From Myxococcota bacterium (GTDB lineage: Bacteria; Myxococcota_A; UBA9160; UBA6930), in NCBI GenBank assembly GCA_028285625.1, contig JANQOX010000018.1, positions 19,245 to 83,244 of the forward strand: a stretch of 64,000 bases of DNA, in the 5' to 3' direction. Position numbers and translations under genes: made by a program. A model generated the notes under the pieces. That model was given only the letters and a program-made list of their open reading frames with translations, ran no database searches and was not told where the DNA came from. How positions within the stretch are numbered: position 1 is the first letter of the stretch; each line of letters starts with the position of its first letter. Positions 9,204-19,355 of the stretch are shown here, piece after piece.

Positions 9204-10034
9204 TCAGCTCGCCTCCTGTGCGCGGTCGTAGAGGACGGGGTTCCGGCGGCCTGCGGCCAGGTCGCCCGGCTCGCAGCCGCGCAGCCAGGCATCGCGGTCG
9301 AAGCGCCGGTTCGGGTGGTCGAGCGGCCCCACCCGCGTGCCGTCGGGGTAGTAGATCACGGTCATCACCTCGCGCATCGACGCGGAGGCGTTGCCCGGAG
9401 CGCGGTGCAGGGTCCAGCCCGAGTGGAAGGTGGCGTCGCCCGCGGCGAGCGCGCCGTAGTCGGTGACGGGCCAGCGGCGCTCGTCGACCACGCGCTGCAG
9501 GGCCTCTTCCGATTCGTCGCCGATGGCGTAGTCCCCGAGGCTGCCGCGCCGGTGGGAGCCGGACGCGAAGGCCATGGGGCCCATGTCGGGCGTCACGTCC
9601 ACCAGCGGCATCCAGAGGGTGATGGTGTGGTCGGTTTCGAGCGGCCAGTAGAACTGGTCCTGGTGCCAGGGCGTGAGGCCGCCGCCGGGCTCCTTGAACA
9701 GGGCTTGATCGTGGTAGAGGCGCACCGCGGGCACCCCGAGCAGGCCCGCCGCCACGCGCGCGAAGCGGCGCGAGGTCACGAACGCCCGGGCGACGTCGTG
9801 TCGGGGCCAGAGGTTCAGCATCTGCAAGAAGGCACGGCCGTAGGTGTCGCGCTCGGCCAGGGGCCGGTGGTCGTGTCGCGCGGCCTCTGCGGCTTCGACG
9901 ATCCCGGGCCGAAAACGCGCGACCTCGTCGGGGGTCGCGAGGCCCCGCACGAGCGTGTGGCCGCGCTCGCGGTACTCCTGAACGCACGCGTCCGGCAGGT
10001 CGTAGGCGTCGTCGAGCGGGGTGGGGGCGCTCAC
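9204..10034 (-). CDS. Phytanoyl-CoA dioxygenase (PhyH) family protein
   Basis: WHQDQFYWP HxD motif and a GDATFHSGWTLHRAP distal His. Start placed at in-frame GTG 10034, after the upstream gene's stop. The longer listed ORF overlaps the neighbouring gene and is Arg/Ala-rich. Confidence 0.75.
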   Translation of the reverse strand: MSAPTPLDDAYDLPDACVQEYRERGHTLVRGLATPDEVARFRPGIVEAAEAARHDHRPLAERDTYGRAFLQMLNLWPRHDVARAFVTSRRFARVAAGLLGVPAVRLYHDQALFKEPGGGLTPWHQDQFYWPLETDHTITLWMPLVDVTPDMGPMAFASGSHRRGSLGDYAIGDESEEALQRVVDERRWPVTDYGALAAGDATFHSGWTLHRAPGNASASMREVMTVIYYPDGTRVGPLDHPNRRFDRDAWLRGCEPGDLAAGRRNPVLYDRAQEAS

Positions 10035-10038
10035 GCGT

Positions 10039-11004
10039 CTAGGATGGCAGGCCGGCCCCGTCCTGCCAGCGCACCGGGCGTGCGAGCGCTCGCGCCAGCA
10101 CGGCCGGCTCGGCATTGCCGCCCGAGAGCAGCACGCCGCAGCGACCGCGGCCCTCGCGCAGCGCCACGGCCAGACTGGCCGCGCCCGAGGGCTCGAGCAC
10201 CAGCCGCAGGTTGCGGGCCGCAAAGGCCATGGCGTCGAGCAGCTCGTCGTCGGTGACCGGCTCCGATCGCGCGACGTGCGCCTGGAGGATCGGCCAGGTG
10301 ACCGCTCCCACGCGGCGCACGCGCAACCCGTCGGCCAGGGTGGTGGGTGTGGGCAGCAGTTCGCGCGAGCCGCTGGCGAGGCTGGCGGCCAGCCGGTCGC
10401 CCCCGCTCGGTTCGACGCCGATGATCTCGCACTCGGGCGCCAGGGCATGAACGGCCACGGCGCAGCCCGCCATGAGCCCGCCGCCCGAAACCGGCGCGTA
10501 GAAGCGATCGATCGGCCCGACGTCGTCGAGCAGTTCGAGGGCCGCAGTGCCCTGGCCGGTGGCGACCCGCAGGTCGTCGTAGGGTGGGATCGGGACCAAG
10601 CCGCGTTCGCGCGCGAGCCGGTCGGCCATGCGTTCGCGCTCTTCGCTGTCGGGGCTCACCTCGACCACCTCGGCGCCGTCGGCTTCGGCGGCGGCGCGCT
10701 TGCGAGCGGGTGCATCCGAGGGCATCACCACGACGGCCGACAGGCCCAGCAACCGCGCTGCGCGTGCCACCGCCTGGGCGTGGTTGCCCGACGAGTGGGC
10801 CACCACCCCAGGGCAATCGGCCGGAAGCTGCTGCATGGCATGGAAGGCGCCGCGCAGCTTGAAGGCGCCGATCGGCTGGAGCGACTCGGCCTTGCAGAGC
10901 AGGACCGCATCCGGGCGCACGGCTTCGAGCACCGGGGTGCGGAGCACGTGCGGTGCGATCGCATCGGCCGCCGAACGGATCGCGGCGATCGTGAGTTCCG
11001 CCAT
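10039..11004 (-). CDS. PLP-dependent threonine/serine dehydratase family (PALP fold)
   Basis: PLP-lysine motif FKLRGAF, SSGNHAQAVA, and a glycine-rich loop PVSGGGLMAG. Confidence 0.85.
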   Translation of the reverse strand: MAELTIAAIRSAADAIAPHVLRTPVLEAVRPDAVLLCKAESLQPIGAFKLRGAFHAMQQLPADCPGVVAHSSGNHAQAVARAARLLGLSAVVVMPSDAPARKRAAAEADGAEVVEVSPDSEERERMADRLARERGLVPIPPYDDLRVATGQGTAALELLDDVGPIDRFYAPVSGGGLMAGCAVAVHALAPECEIIGVEPSGGDRLAASLASGSRELLPTPTTLADGLRVRRVGAVTWPILQAHVARSEPVTDDELLDAMAFAARNLRLVLEPSGAASLAVALREGRGRCGVLLSGGNAEPAVLARALARPVRWQDGAGLPS

Positions 11005-11093
11005 CTCCCGAGACTAGCCTGGGGCCATCGGGTGCGGCTTGGCGGGGGGGTGCGGGTGCTAGTCTCGCTGCCTCCTGGCCCCCGATCGGGAGA
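11004..11093. promoter_or_regulatory. Nested inverted repeats in a divergent promoter region
   Basis: CGAGACTAGC (11009-11018) and GCTAGTCTCG (11058-11067) form a perfect 10-bp inverted repeat. The outer pair is TCTCCCGA (11004-11011) and TCGGGAGA (11086-11093). The region lies between start codons at 11004 (-) and 11098 (+). Confidence 0.4.
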
Positions 11094-11097
11094 ACCC

Positions 11098-11748
11098 ATG
11101 GCCCTTCGAACGCTGGCTGCCCTCGCGCTCTTCGGTTTCGCCCTGCTCGCCGCCGGCTGCAGCTCCGTCTACTACGACGCCATGGAGGCCGTGGGCAAGG
11201 AGAAGCGCCACATCCTCACCGACCGCGTCGAGGGCGGACGCGAGGACCAGCAGGAGGCACAGGAGCAGTTCCAGACCACGCTCGAGGCCTTCAAGGCGGT
11301 CACCGGGTTCGACGGGGGCGATCTCGAGTCGACCTACGAGCGCCTGAACGACGAGTACGAGCGGAGCGAGGCGCGTGCCCAGGCCGTGCGCGACCGCATC
11401 ACGTCGATCGAGAAGGTGTCGGGCGACCTGTTCTCGGAGTGGAAGACGGAGATCGGGCAGATCTCCGACAAGGGCATGCGCCGGGCGAGCCAGGAGCAGC
11501 TCTGGGCGACCCAGCGCAGCTACGAGGCCATGGTCGGTGCGATGAAGAAGGCGTCGAAGTCGATGGACCCGGTGCTGGTGGCCTTTCGCGACCGGGTGCT
11601 CTTCTTGAAGCACAACCTGAACGCGCGCGCGATCGCTTCGCTCGAGGGCGACCTGGGTTCGATCGAGACCGACGTGGCGAAGCTGATCGAAGACATGAAC
11701 GCCTCGATCGCCGAAGCCGACAGCTTTCTCGCCTCGATGGAGGGCTGA
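11098..11748 (+). CDS. DUF2959-family lipoprotein
   Basis: Signal peptide with lipobox LLAAGC, then a coiled-coil-rich sequence (SVYYDAMEAVGKEKRHILTDRVE...VLFLKHNLNARAI) matching my memory of DUF2959 proteins. SD GGGAGA sits upstream. Confidence 0.8.
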   Translation: MALRTLAALALFGFALLAAGCSSVYYDAMEAVGKEKRHILTDRVEGGREDQQEAQEQFQTTLEAFKAVTGFDGGDLESTYERLNDEYERSEARAQAVRDRITSIEKVSGDLFSEWKTEIGQISDKGMRRASQEQLWATQRSYEAMVGAMKKASKSMDPVLVAFRDRVLFLKHNLNARAIASLEGDLGSIETDVAKLIEDMNASIAEADSFLASMEG

Positions 11749-11751
11749 ACC

Positions 11752-13116
11752 TTGGCGGCTCACGGGCTCGGGGACGACGACCGACGCCACGTCTTCCATC
11801 CCTATACGTCGATCGCCGAACAGAGGTCGGGCGATCCCTTCGTCGTCGCAGAGGCCGAGGGCGTGTTCGTTCGCGGCGCCGACGGCCGCGAGTATCTCGA
11901 CGCCATGGCGGGCCTCTGGTGCGTGAACGCCGGCTATGGGCGCGCCGAGATCGCCGACGCCATGGCGGAGCAGGCTCGTCGTCTCGCCTACTACCACGCC
12001 TTCCTGGGCACCGTGAACGAGCCGGGGGTGCGCCTCGCCACTCGGCTGGCGGGTCTCACGCCGCCTGGGCTCGACCATGCCTTCTTCTGCAACTCGGGCT
12101 CCGAGGCCAACGACACCCTCATCAAGCTCATCTGGTACTACTGGAACCTACGCGAGCAGCCCCGGAAGAAGAAGCTGCTCTCGCGTCATGGCGGCTACCA
12201 CGGCGTGACCCTCGGCGCGACCAGCCTGTCGGGACTTCCCGCCATGCATGCGCGCTTCGATGCCCCCCTCGATCGCTTCTTGCACCTGACCAAGCCGCAC
12301 CACTACCGCGAGGGTCGCGCGGACGAGAGCGAGGCCGAGTTCACCGCACGCCTGCTGCGCGAACTCGAGGAGACGATCGTTCGCGAAGGCCCCGACACCG
12401 TGGCCGCGTTCATCGGTGAGCCGCTGATGGGGGCGGGCGGCGTGATCCCGCCGCCGGACGGATATTGGGCCGGGGTACAGGAGGTGTGCCGCCGCCACGA
12501 CGTGCTGGTCGCCGCCGACGAAGTGATCTGCGGCTTCGGCCGCCTGGGCCACGCCTTCGGCAGCGATCGCTACGACATCGCGCCCGATCTGATGACCGTG
12601 GCGAAGGGGATCACCAGCGCGTACTTCCCGGTGTCGGCGGCCGTGGTCTCGGACGCCGTGTTCGACGTGCTCGCGGGGGGCTCGGCCGAGGCCGGCGTCT
12701 TCTCCCACGGCCACACCACGAGCTTGCACCCGGTGGGCGCAGCCGCCGCCCTGGCCAACCTGGACCTGCTCGAGGGGGAGGGCCTGCTCACGCGGGCGGC
12801 CGAGGTGGGCCCGCCCTTCTTGCAGAAGCTGCGCGACGCCGTGGGCGACCACCCCCTGGTGGGCGAGGTGCGAGGCGAGGGTCTGATCGCCGGGGTCGAG
12901 CTGGTGGCCGACCGCACCACGCGCACGTCGCTGCCTGCCGAAGCGCGAACGGGTCTGCAGCTGCACCGCCTGCTTCTCGAAGAGGGTCTCATCTGCCGGG
13001 CGCTCGGTGATACGCTCGCGTTCTCGCCCCCGCTCGTGATCGGTGAGGACGAACTGGCCGAGGCGGTGTCGCGGTTCGCACGCGGGCTCGCCCGGTTGTC
13101 CGAGGCGCTCGACTAG
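11752..13116 (+). CDS. Class III (omega-type) aminotransferase
   Basis: Aspartate aminotransferase fold type I, class III features (HPYTS.., GLWCVNAGYGR, FCNSGSEANDT, DEVICGFGRLG, MTVAKGITS with PLP Lys). TTG start. Confidence 0.85.
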   Translation: MAAHGLGDDDRRHVFHPYTSIAEQRSGDPFVVAEAEGVFVRGADGREYLDAMAGLWCVNAGYGRAEIADAMAEQARRLAYYHAFLGTVNEPGVRLATRLAGLTPPGLDHAFFCNSGSEANDTLIKLIWYYWNLREQPRKKKLLSRHGGYHGVTLGATSLSGLPAMHARFDAPLDRFLHLTKPHHYREGRADESEAEFTARLLRELEETIVREGPDTVAAFIGEPLMGAGGVIPPPDGYWAGVQEVCRRHDVLVAADEVICGFGRLGHAFGSDRYDIAPDLMTVAKGITSAYFPVSAAVVSDAVFDVLAGGSAEAGVFSHGHTTSLHPVGAAAALANLDLLEGEGLLTRAAEVGPPFLQKLRDAVGDHPLVGEVRGEGLIAGVELVADRTTRTSLPAEARTGLQLHRLLLEEGLICRALGDTLAFSPPLVIGEDELAEAVSRFARGLARLSEALD

Positions 13117-13158
13117 TGGACGCGACCCTTCCCGGGTGATGCGGGGGCGGCCCATCCG

Positions 13159-14832
13159 ATGACGCAGGAGGAGCGATCGTCGCCGACGCGCGCCGAACGG
13201 ATTGCGCTGCTCGGCCTGCTCGCCGCGACCCTGCTGTATCAGGTCGTCCTGTTCGAGCCCTTCCAGGTGCCGAACAACGACTGGTACTCGTTCGAGGATG
13301 CCGCGCGGCACTTCGCCGCCGGCGAATGGCCGCTTCACTCGAAGCGCCTGCCGCTGCTGCCCGCGCTGGTGGGCGGCCTCTCCCACGGGTTCGCGGGCGC
13401 ACACCCCGAACTGCGCGCGGCGCTGGTGCTGAACGTCCTGTTCTCGTTGGGCACGTTGGCGCTGCTGTTTCGATGGGCGAGCCAGACCCTCGGCCGGGGC
13501 GCGATCCTGGTGCCCGTGCTCTACGCCAGTACCGTGCAGTTTCATGCCGGGGGGCTTCAGCCGTTGGTCGAGCCCAGCCTCGCGTTCTGCGTGGTGCTGG
13601 CGTTCACCCTCCACCAGGCGGGGTCGGCCTGGCAGTACGCGGCTGCGGCTGCGGCCGCACTCGGCCGCTACGAGGCGGCGGCGCTACTGCCGCTGTTCGC
13701 ACTGACGAATGCACTGCAGGGGCGCGGCTGGGTCAGGCAGGGTGCCTGGGCGGCGACCGGGCTCGTGCCGCTCGCTGCATGGCGACTGGCCGCGTCGCTG
13801 GGCGGGCCGGGCGGCGGCACCTATCTCGATCTGATGGAAGGGATGGGCTTCGCGCCGGCGCCGGGGTTCGCGTGGGTCGCCCTCGGCGAAGCGTTCCCGG
13901 TGCTGCACGCGCCCGCGCCGCTGGTGTGGTTGGGCGTCGTCCTGGTGGGGGTGCCGCTCGGGTTCGGCGTGTGGCTGGGCCTGCGCGAGCGCAGGGCCCC
14001 CGCCTTGCCGCTGCTCGCCTACTTCGCGGCCGCCGTCGCGACGGTCGTGGTCTTCGGGGTGCCGAAGGCGCGCTACGTGCTGCCGGTGCTCTGGATTCCC
14101 ATCGCGTTCTGGGTGGCCGGCGCCATCCGCGGACGCGAGCAGTACCGGATCCGGGTCGCAGTCGACCTGGGGCCCAGCGCGCCGCTGGTCGCGGGCTTCG
14201 GTGCGGTGGTCGCGATGCTCGGCGCCGGACTCACGGTGCTGGCCACGCGCCGCGACATCGCGCCGCCCGGCGTCGAGATCGCCTACGCGTTGGCGCTCTC
14301 GGCCTGCGCGGTCCCCGCCGTGTGGTCGCGGGTGCAGGCTCGCCGGGCCGCCGGGCTGGTGCTGCTGGCCGCCGTGGTCTTGCTGGTGACCACCGGCACG
14401 GCTCGCAAGCAGACGGCGCTGTTCAACGTCTACCACGCCAACCAGGGCTCGGCGGCCCTGGCCGGTTGGCTCGAGGCGAACCTGCGGCCGGACGAGGGGG
14501 TGGTGGTGCTGAACCCGGGCGCGGTGGAGTTCTTGACGGGGCTTCAGCGCGACCGCCTCATCAGCTTCGCGGTGACGCGGACCGAGACGCTCGAGGAGTT
14601 GGCGCGCTTCATGGGCGAGCGGGGCTTCGCCTATGCGGCGTGGACCCACCGCCGCGCGTCCGACTCGCGCTCGGCGGCCTACTATGACGATCGCAAGAAC
14701 GTGGACCTGGCCCGGGCCTTTGCCGAGGGCGGGCCCGTGGCGGGCTTCGAGCACGTGGCGACCCTTCCGGCGCCAGAAGGCGTCGACCAGGGCGACGCGC
14801 ACGTCTATCGGTTGGTACGGTCTTCTCCGTGA
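13159..14832 (+). CDS. Polytopic membrane protein, putative GT-C-type glycosyltransferase
   Basis: At least 10 predicted hydrophobic helices followed by a soluble C-terminal domain of about 130 aa. The architecture resembles ArnT/PMT-like enzymes, but no diagnostic motif was verified. Confidence 0.6.
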   Translation: MTQEERSSPTRAERIALLGLLAATLLYQVVLFEPFQVPNNDWYSFEDAARHFAAGEWPLHSKRLPLLPALVGGLSHGFAGAHPELRAALVLNVLFSLGTLALLFRWASQTLGRGAILVPVLYASTVQFHAGGLQPLVEPSLAFCVVLAFTLHQAGSAWQYAAAAAAALGRYEAAALLPLFALTNALQGRGWVRQGAWAATGLVPLAAWRLAASLGGPGGGTYLDLMEGMGFAPAPGFAWVALGEAFPVLHAPAPLVWLGVVLVGVPLGFGVWLGLRERRAPALPLLAYFAAAVATVVVFGVPKARYVLPVLWIPIAFWVAGAIRGREQYRIRVAVDLGPSAPLVAGFGAVVAMLGAGLTVLATRRDIAPPGVEIAYALALSACAVPAVWSRVQARRAAGLVLLAAVVLLVTTGTARKQTALFNVYHANQGSAALAGWLEANLRPDEGVVVLNPGAVEFLTGLQRDRLISFAVTRTETLEELARFMGERGFAYAAWTHRRASDSRSAAYYDDRKNVDLARAFAEGGPVAGFEHVATLPAPEGVDQGDAHVYRLVRSSP

Positions 14833-16448
14833 ACGACGTCCAGACCGCCATCGCCGCGCTGCGCGAGAGTGCCGAGCGACCGCCCCACCTGCGCGACCTG
14901 TTCGACGCCGATCCCGGGCGCGGCGATCGCCATGCTCTCAGCCACGCCGATCTGCGGCTCGACTACGCCAAGCATCGGGTCGACGACGAGATCCTGACGC
15001 GCCTGTTCGCGCTGGCCCGTGCGCGCGGGCTGGCCGAGCGCATCGAGGCCATGTTCTCGGGCGCGCCCGTGAACGAGACCGAGGGGCGCGCCGCGCTCCA
15101 CATGGCCCTGCGTGCACCCGAGGGCGTCCGGTTCGAGGTGGCCGGCCAAGACGTGGTGCCCGACGTACACGAGGTGCTCGGCCGAATGGCGTCGTTCGCC
15201 GAGCGCGTGCGCGCTGGGGGCTGGCTCGGTTTCACCGGGCGCCCCATCCGGAACATCGTGAACCTCGGCATCGGCGGGTCCGACCTCGGGCCGGCCATGG
15301 CGTGCGAGGCCCTCGCCGCCTATGCGGATCGCGGCCTCACCGTGCGCTTCGTGTCGAACGTGGACGGCACCGATCTCGCCGAGACCGTGCGCGATCTCGA
15401 CCCGGCCGAGACCCTGTTCATCGTCTGCTCGAAGACGTTCACGACCCAGGAGACGCTCACCAACGCGCGCAGTGCGCGCGACTGGTGCACGCGTGCGCTC
15501 GGAAGCGAAGAGGCGGTTGCGCGCCACTTCGTCGCCGTTTCGACCCAGGGCGATCGGGTGGCGGCGTTCGGCATCGACCCCGAGCGCATGTTCGGGTTCT
15601 GGGACTGGGTGGGCGGGCGCTACTCGCTGCCGTCGGCCGTGGGGCTCTCGCTGATGATCGCCATCGGCCCCACGCGTTTTCGCGAGATGCTGGCGGGCAT
15701 GCGCGACCTGGACGAGCACTTCCGCAGCGCACCGTTCGAAGCCAACCTGCCCGTGGTGATGGGGCTGCTCGGGGTCTGGTACGGCAGCTTTCTCGGGATG
15801 CAGACCCATGCGGTGCTGCCCTACGACCGCTACCTGCGCCGGTTCCCGGCCTACCTGCAGCAGCTCGACATGGAGAGCAACGGCAAGCGCGTCGATCGCG
15901 CGGGCGAACCCGTCGCGCTCGATACCGCACCCGTGCTGTTCGGCGAGCCGGGCACCAACGGGCAGCACGCCTTCTTCCAGCTCATGCACCAGGGTACCCG
16001 GGTGGTGCCGGCCGACTTCATCGGGTTCTGCCAGAGCCTGAACCCGATGGGCGACCACCACGACCTGCTCACCGCCAACCTGCTCGCGCAGACCGAAGCG
16101 CTCGCGTTCGGGCGCACGGCCGACGAGGTGCGGGCGGCGGGCGTGCCCGAAGCGCTCGTTGCCCACCGCACCTTCCCGGGCGACCGGCCCAGCTCGACGC
16201 TGCTGGTGGACCGGCTCACGCCCGCGAGCCTGGGCCGCCTGATCGCGCTGTACGAGCACAAGGTCGCGGTACAGGCCGCCGTGTGGGACATCAACGCCTT
16301 CGACCAGTTCGGGGTCGAGCTCGGCAAGGAGCTCGCCGGGCGCATCGGGCCCGAACTCTCGGGCGCCGCGGAGCCCGAGCACGACAGCAGCACCAACGCG
16401 ATGATCCGCCACTACCGGGCGCGGCGTGCGCCCGAAGGGGACGTCTAG
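14829..16448 (+). CDS. pgi: Glucose-6-phosphate isomerase
   Basis: [29 protein letters not shown] and [11 protein letters not shown] motifs. GTG start overlaps the upstream stop (GTGA). Confidence 0.92.
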   Translation: MNDVQTAIAALRESAERPPHLRDLFDADPGRGDRHALSHADLRLDYAKHRVDDEILTRLFALARARGLAERIEAMFSGAPVNETEGRAALHMALRAPEGVRFEVAGQDVVPDVHEVLGRMASFAERVRAGGWLGFTGRPIRNIVNLGIGGSDLGPAMACEALAAYADRGLTVRFVSNVDGTDLAETVRDLDPAETLFIVCSKTFTTQETLTNARSARDWCTRALGSEEAVARHFVAVSTQGDRVAAFGIDPERMFGFWDWVGGRYSLPSAVGLSLMIAIGPTRFREMLAGMRDLDEHFRSAPFEANLPVVMGLLGVWYGSFLGMQTHAVLPYDRYLRRFPAYLQQLDMESNGKRVDRAGEPVALDTAPVLFGEPGTNGQHAFFQLMHQGTRVVPADFIGFCQSLNPMGDHHDLLTANLLAQTEALAFGRTADEVRAAGVPEALVAHRTFPGDRPSSTLLVDRLTPASLGRLIALYEHKVAVQAAVWDINAFDQFGVELGKELAGRIGPELSGAAEPEHDSSTNAMIRHYRARRAPEGDV

Positions 16449-17347
16449 GCGGCGATCCCTTGCGGGCGGTCGCCGACGATCGTCACGCGTTCCATCACCC
16501 GCTTGCGCGGCCAGTAGTCGTTGGCGGCGTAGTGCTGCACCGCGCGGTTGTCCCACATGGTGACGGTGCCCGGCGCCCAGCGGACCCGGCATTGGTACTC
16601 GGGGAAGGTCGCCTGCTCGCAGAGGTGCGCGAGCAGTTCGTCACTCTCGTCGGGCGCGAGGCCCACCAGATGGCTGGTGAAGATGCGGTTCACGAACAGG
16701 ATGGGCTCGCCCGTGCGCGGGTGGCTGCGCACGACGGGATGCTCCACGGGCGGGAACTGCTTCTGCCGCTCGGCGCGGGTCTCGGGGTCGAGCAGCCGGC
16801 CGAACGAGTTGGTGAAGTCGTGGACGGCGCGCATGCTGGCCACGCGTTCGCGGACGTCCTTCGCGAGTCCGCGATACGCCGAAGCCATGTCGGCGAACAG
16901 GGTGTCTCCCCCGACCTCGGGGACCTCGATGGCGCGAAGCACCGTCCCCAGCGGCGGAAGCTCCTTCCAGGTGACGTCGGTGTGCCAGATGTTCTCGACG
17001 CCCACGGTGTCGGCGTCCTTGGCAAACCGGTCCACCTTGGGCTGCCCTTCCGCCGCCGGAAGGAACGGGTGGTCGTCGACCTCGCCGAATCGCTCGGCGA
17101 AGGCGATCTGCGCCTCGGCACCGATGGCCTGGTCGCGAAACACCAGCACCTTGAAGTCGAGCAGGGCGCGCTCGACCTCGGCGAACGACTCGTCGGTGAG
17201 GCTTCCCAGGTCGAGGCCATGGACCTCTGCCCCGATCACGGGACTCATCGCGCGGACGTCGAAGCCCTGGTAGCGGGCCTTCTCGAGCACGCGGCGCTTC
17301 TCATCGAGGAACGGGCGCGGACCGAGCGGCGGAAAGGGAAGCGGCAT
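16445..17347 (-). CDS. TauD/TfdA-family Fe(II)/2-oxoglutarate dioxygenase
   Basis: WHTDVTW HxD motif. Start at ATG 17347, preceded by GGAGG with a 6-nt spacer. The longer listed ORF runs antisense through the next gene's upstream region. Confidence 0.85.
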   Translation of the reverse strand: MPLPFPPLGPRPFLDEKRRVLEKARYQGFDVRAMSPVIGAEVHGLDLGSLTDESFAEVERALLDFKVLVFRDQAIGAEAQIAFAERFGEVDDHPFLPAAEGQPKVDRFAKDADTVGVENIWHTDVTWKELPPLGTVLRAIEVPEVGGDTLFADMASAYRGLAKDVRERVASMRAVHDFTNSFGRLLDPETRAERQKQFPPVEHPVVRSHPRTGEPILFVNRIFTSHLVGLAPDESDELLAHLCEQATFPEYQCRVRWAPGTVTMWDNRAVQHYAANDYWPRKRVMERVTIVGDRPQGIAA

Positions 17348-17447
17348 GGAGGACCTCCGTCGCGCGAGGGTAGCCCCAGGCCGCCGCGGCCCGCAGCGGG
17401 CGAGGAGGCCGCCACTCAGGGTCCGACGGCGCGCTAGCGTCGCCGTC

Positions 17448-18101
17448 ATGGACCACCCGGCCGTCCATCTCGGGGCCACCTTCATGGCCTTCTTCGCCAT
17501 CATGAACCCGATCGCGAACGCGCCCATCTTCCTGGGCCTGGTGGAGGACCAGCCCGCAGCCCTCCAGCGTGGCATTGCGCTTCGCGCGGTGCTGCTGGCC
17601 TTCGGCATCGTGGCGGTCTTTGCCATCGGGGGTCGGGCCATCTTCGACCTGTTCGGCATCACGCTGCCGGCGTTCCGGATCGCCGGCGGCATTCTCGTGG
17701 CGTTGGTGGGGTTCGGCATGCTTCACGGCGAACCGTCGAAGATCCACGCGACCACCGACGAGGACAACGAGGCCAGCCGCGACGCCGCGCTCGGTCTCGC
17801 GGTGAGCCCGTTGGCCATGCCCGTGCTGGCGGGCCCCGGGACGATTGCCACGGCCATGAGCTTTGCGGCCGAGGCGACCGGCGCAGAGGTCGTCCGGGTG
17901 CTCGCCGCGTTCGGCGCAGTCTGCGCGCTCACCTTCGTGGTCTTCGCATTCGGGTCGCAGCTGACCCGCTTTCTCGGACAGAACGCCATCAACGTCGTGG
18001 CGCGGCTGATGGGCCTGGTGCTGACGGTGATCGGCGTGCAGATGTTGATCGAGGGGATCGAGGGCGCGATCCGCGCCGCGATGGCCGGCGGGGCCATCTG
18101 A
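17448..18101 (+). CDS. MarC-family (UPF0056) integral membrane protein
   Basis: N-terminal FFAIMNPIANAPIFL motif and six hydrophobic segments. Start at ATG 17448. Confidence 0.8.
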   Translation: MDHPAVHLGATFMAFFAIMNPIANAPIFLGLVEDQPAALQRGIALRAVLLAFGIVAVFAIGGRAIFDLFGITLPAFRIAGGILVALVGFGMLHGEPSKIHATTDEDNEASRDAALGLAVSPLAMPVLAGPGTIATAMSFAAEATGAEVVRVLAAFGAVCALTFVVFAFGSQLTRFLGQNAINVVARLMGLVLTVIGVQMLIEGIEGAIRAAMAGGAI

Positions 18102-18143
18102 AGCGAGTGCGCGTCCTGTGGGGCGCAGCCGACGGGAGGATTC

Positions 18144-18509
18144 ATGAACTTCGAGCTTCGCGTGCTTCGCATCTTCGTCACCGACTGGGAGAGGGCGATC
18201 CGTTTCTACACCGAGACGCTCGGCATCCCGACCACCTTTCGGGGCGACGAGATGGGCTGGGCCCAGCTCGATACAGGGGCGTGCAACCTCGCCCTCGAGC
18301 GCGCCGACCCCGCCGACGAAGAAGCCATGGGCTTCGTGGGCCGCTTCGTGGGCGCCTCGCTCGAGGTGGGTGACATCCACGCCTGCTACGAGACCCTGCT
18401 GGCTCGCGGCGTCGCGTTCCTGGAGCCGCCGGCTGAGCAGCCGTGGGGCGGTACGTTGGCACATCTGCGCGACCCGGACGGCAACGTGCTGACGCTGCTC
18501 GGGCAATGA
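18144..18509 (+). CDS. VOC/glyoxalase-bleomycin resistance family protein
   Basis: 121 aa with a typical VOC beta-alpha-beta-beta-beta pattern (RIFVTDWERAIRFYTETLG ... HLRDPDGNVLTL). Confidence 0.8.
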   Translation: MNFELRVLRIFVTDWERAIRFYTETLGIPTTFRGDEMGWAQLDTGACNLALERADPADEEAMGFVGRFVGASLEVGDIHACYETLLARGVAFLEPPAEQPWGGTLAHLRDPDGNVLTLLGQ

Positions 18510-18595
18510 GGGGATCGCGCCGTTGACGCTCGCGGCGTTCACGCGCGACCCCGACGGCCACCACGCCGAAACGCCCCACCAGGAGGCGTGAGCCC

Positions 18596-19333
18596 GTGAG
18601 CGTGCTCACCTGGGAGACGGCGCTCGGTCCGGAGCGCGGAGCGGTCGAGCGCGCCTTCACCGTGGAGCACGGCGAGGAGCGGTTACCCGGCGTGGCCTGG
18701 CTTCCCCATGTGGGCGCGCCGCGCGGGCTCATCGTCATCGGCCACGGCTTCACCGTCGACAAGCGCAACGCATTCCACGTGCCCATCGCGCGGGCGCTCG
18801 CGTCTCGCCATGGTCTCGCGGCTGCGGCGATCGACATGCCCTGCCATGGCGACCGCCGTCACGATCGCGCAGCTTCGCCCGAAGACGTGGCCCGTGACTA
18901 CCTCGCCTACTGGCGCGCGCACGACGGGGGCGCCGACATCGCCGCCGAGCTGCGGGCCACCACCGCCGCGCTTCGCGCCCAGCCCGAAGTCGGCGAGGTG
19001 CCCGTCGGCTACTACGGGCTCTCGCTCGGGACGCAGTACGGCGTGTTCCACCTGGCGGAGGATCCGACGGTGCGCGCGGCGGTGTTGGGCCTGTACGGGC
19101 TGGTGGGGCCGCGTGTCGCCAAGGCCGCCGCACGGGTGGGCTGCCCGGTCTTCTTCGTCCGCCAGCTGGGCGACGAACTGCACGCTGCCGAATCGGCCCT
19201 GGCGCTGTTCGAGACGCTCGGCAGCGCCGACAAGACGTTGCGCGACGGTCCGGGCGCGCATGAGGCGGTGTCTGCGGAGATCATCGAGGACGCGCTTTCG
19301 TTCCTCGCAGAGCGCGTCTCTCCGCCGGCCTAG
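18596..19333 (+). CDS. Alpha/beta hydrolase (dienelactone hydrolase-like)
   Basis: Oxyanion-type HGF and nucleophile elbow GLSLG. GTG start. Confidence 0.7.
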   Translation: MSVLTWETALGPERGAVERAFTVEHGEERLPGVAWLPHVGAPRGLIVIGHGFTVDKRNAFHVPIARALASRHGLAAAAIDMPCHGDRRHDRAASPEDVARDYLAYWRAHDGGADIAAELRATTAALRAQPEVGEVPVGYYGLSLGTQYGVFHLAEDPTVRAAVLGLYGLVGPRVAKAAARVGCPVFFVRQLGDELHAAESALALFETLGSADKTLRDGPGAHEAVSAEIIEDALSFLAERVSPPA

Positions 19334-19355
19334 CATCGCGGGCGAGCCGTCGGGG

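Noticed and set aside
17348-17358. GGAGGACCTCC palindrome at the TauD start as an SD-sequestering hairpin.
   Set aside because: The two 5-nt arms are separated by a single base, which is too short to form a loop. The distal GGAGG is simply the SD.
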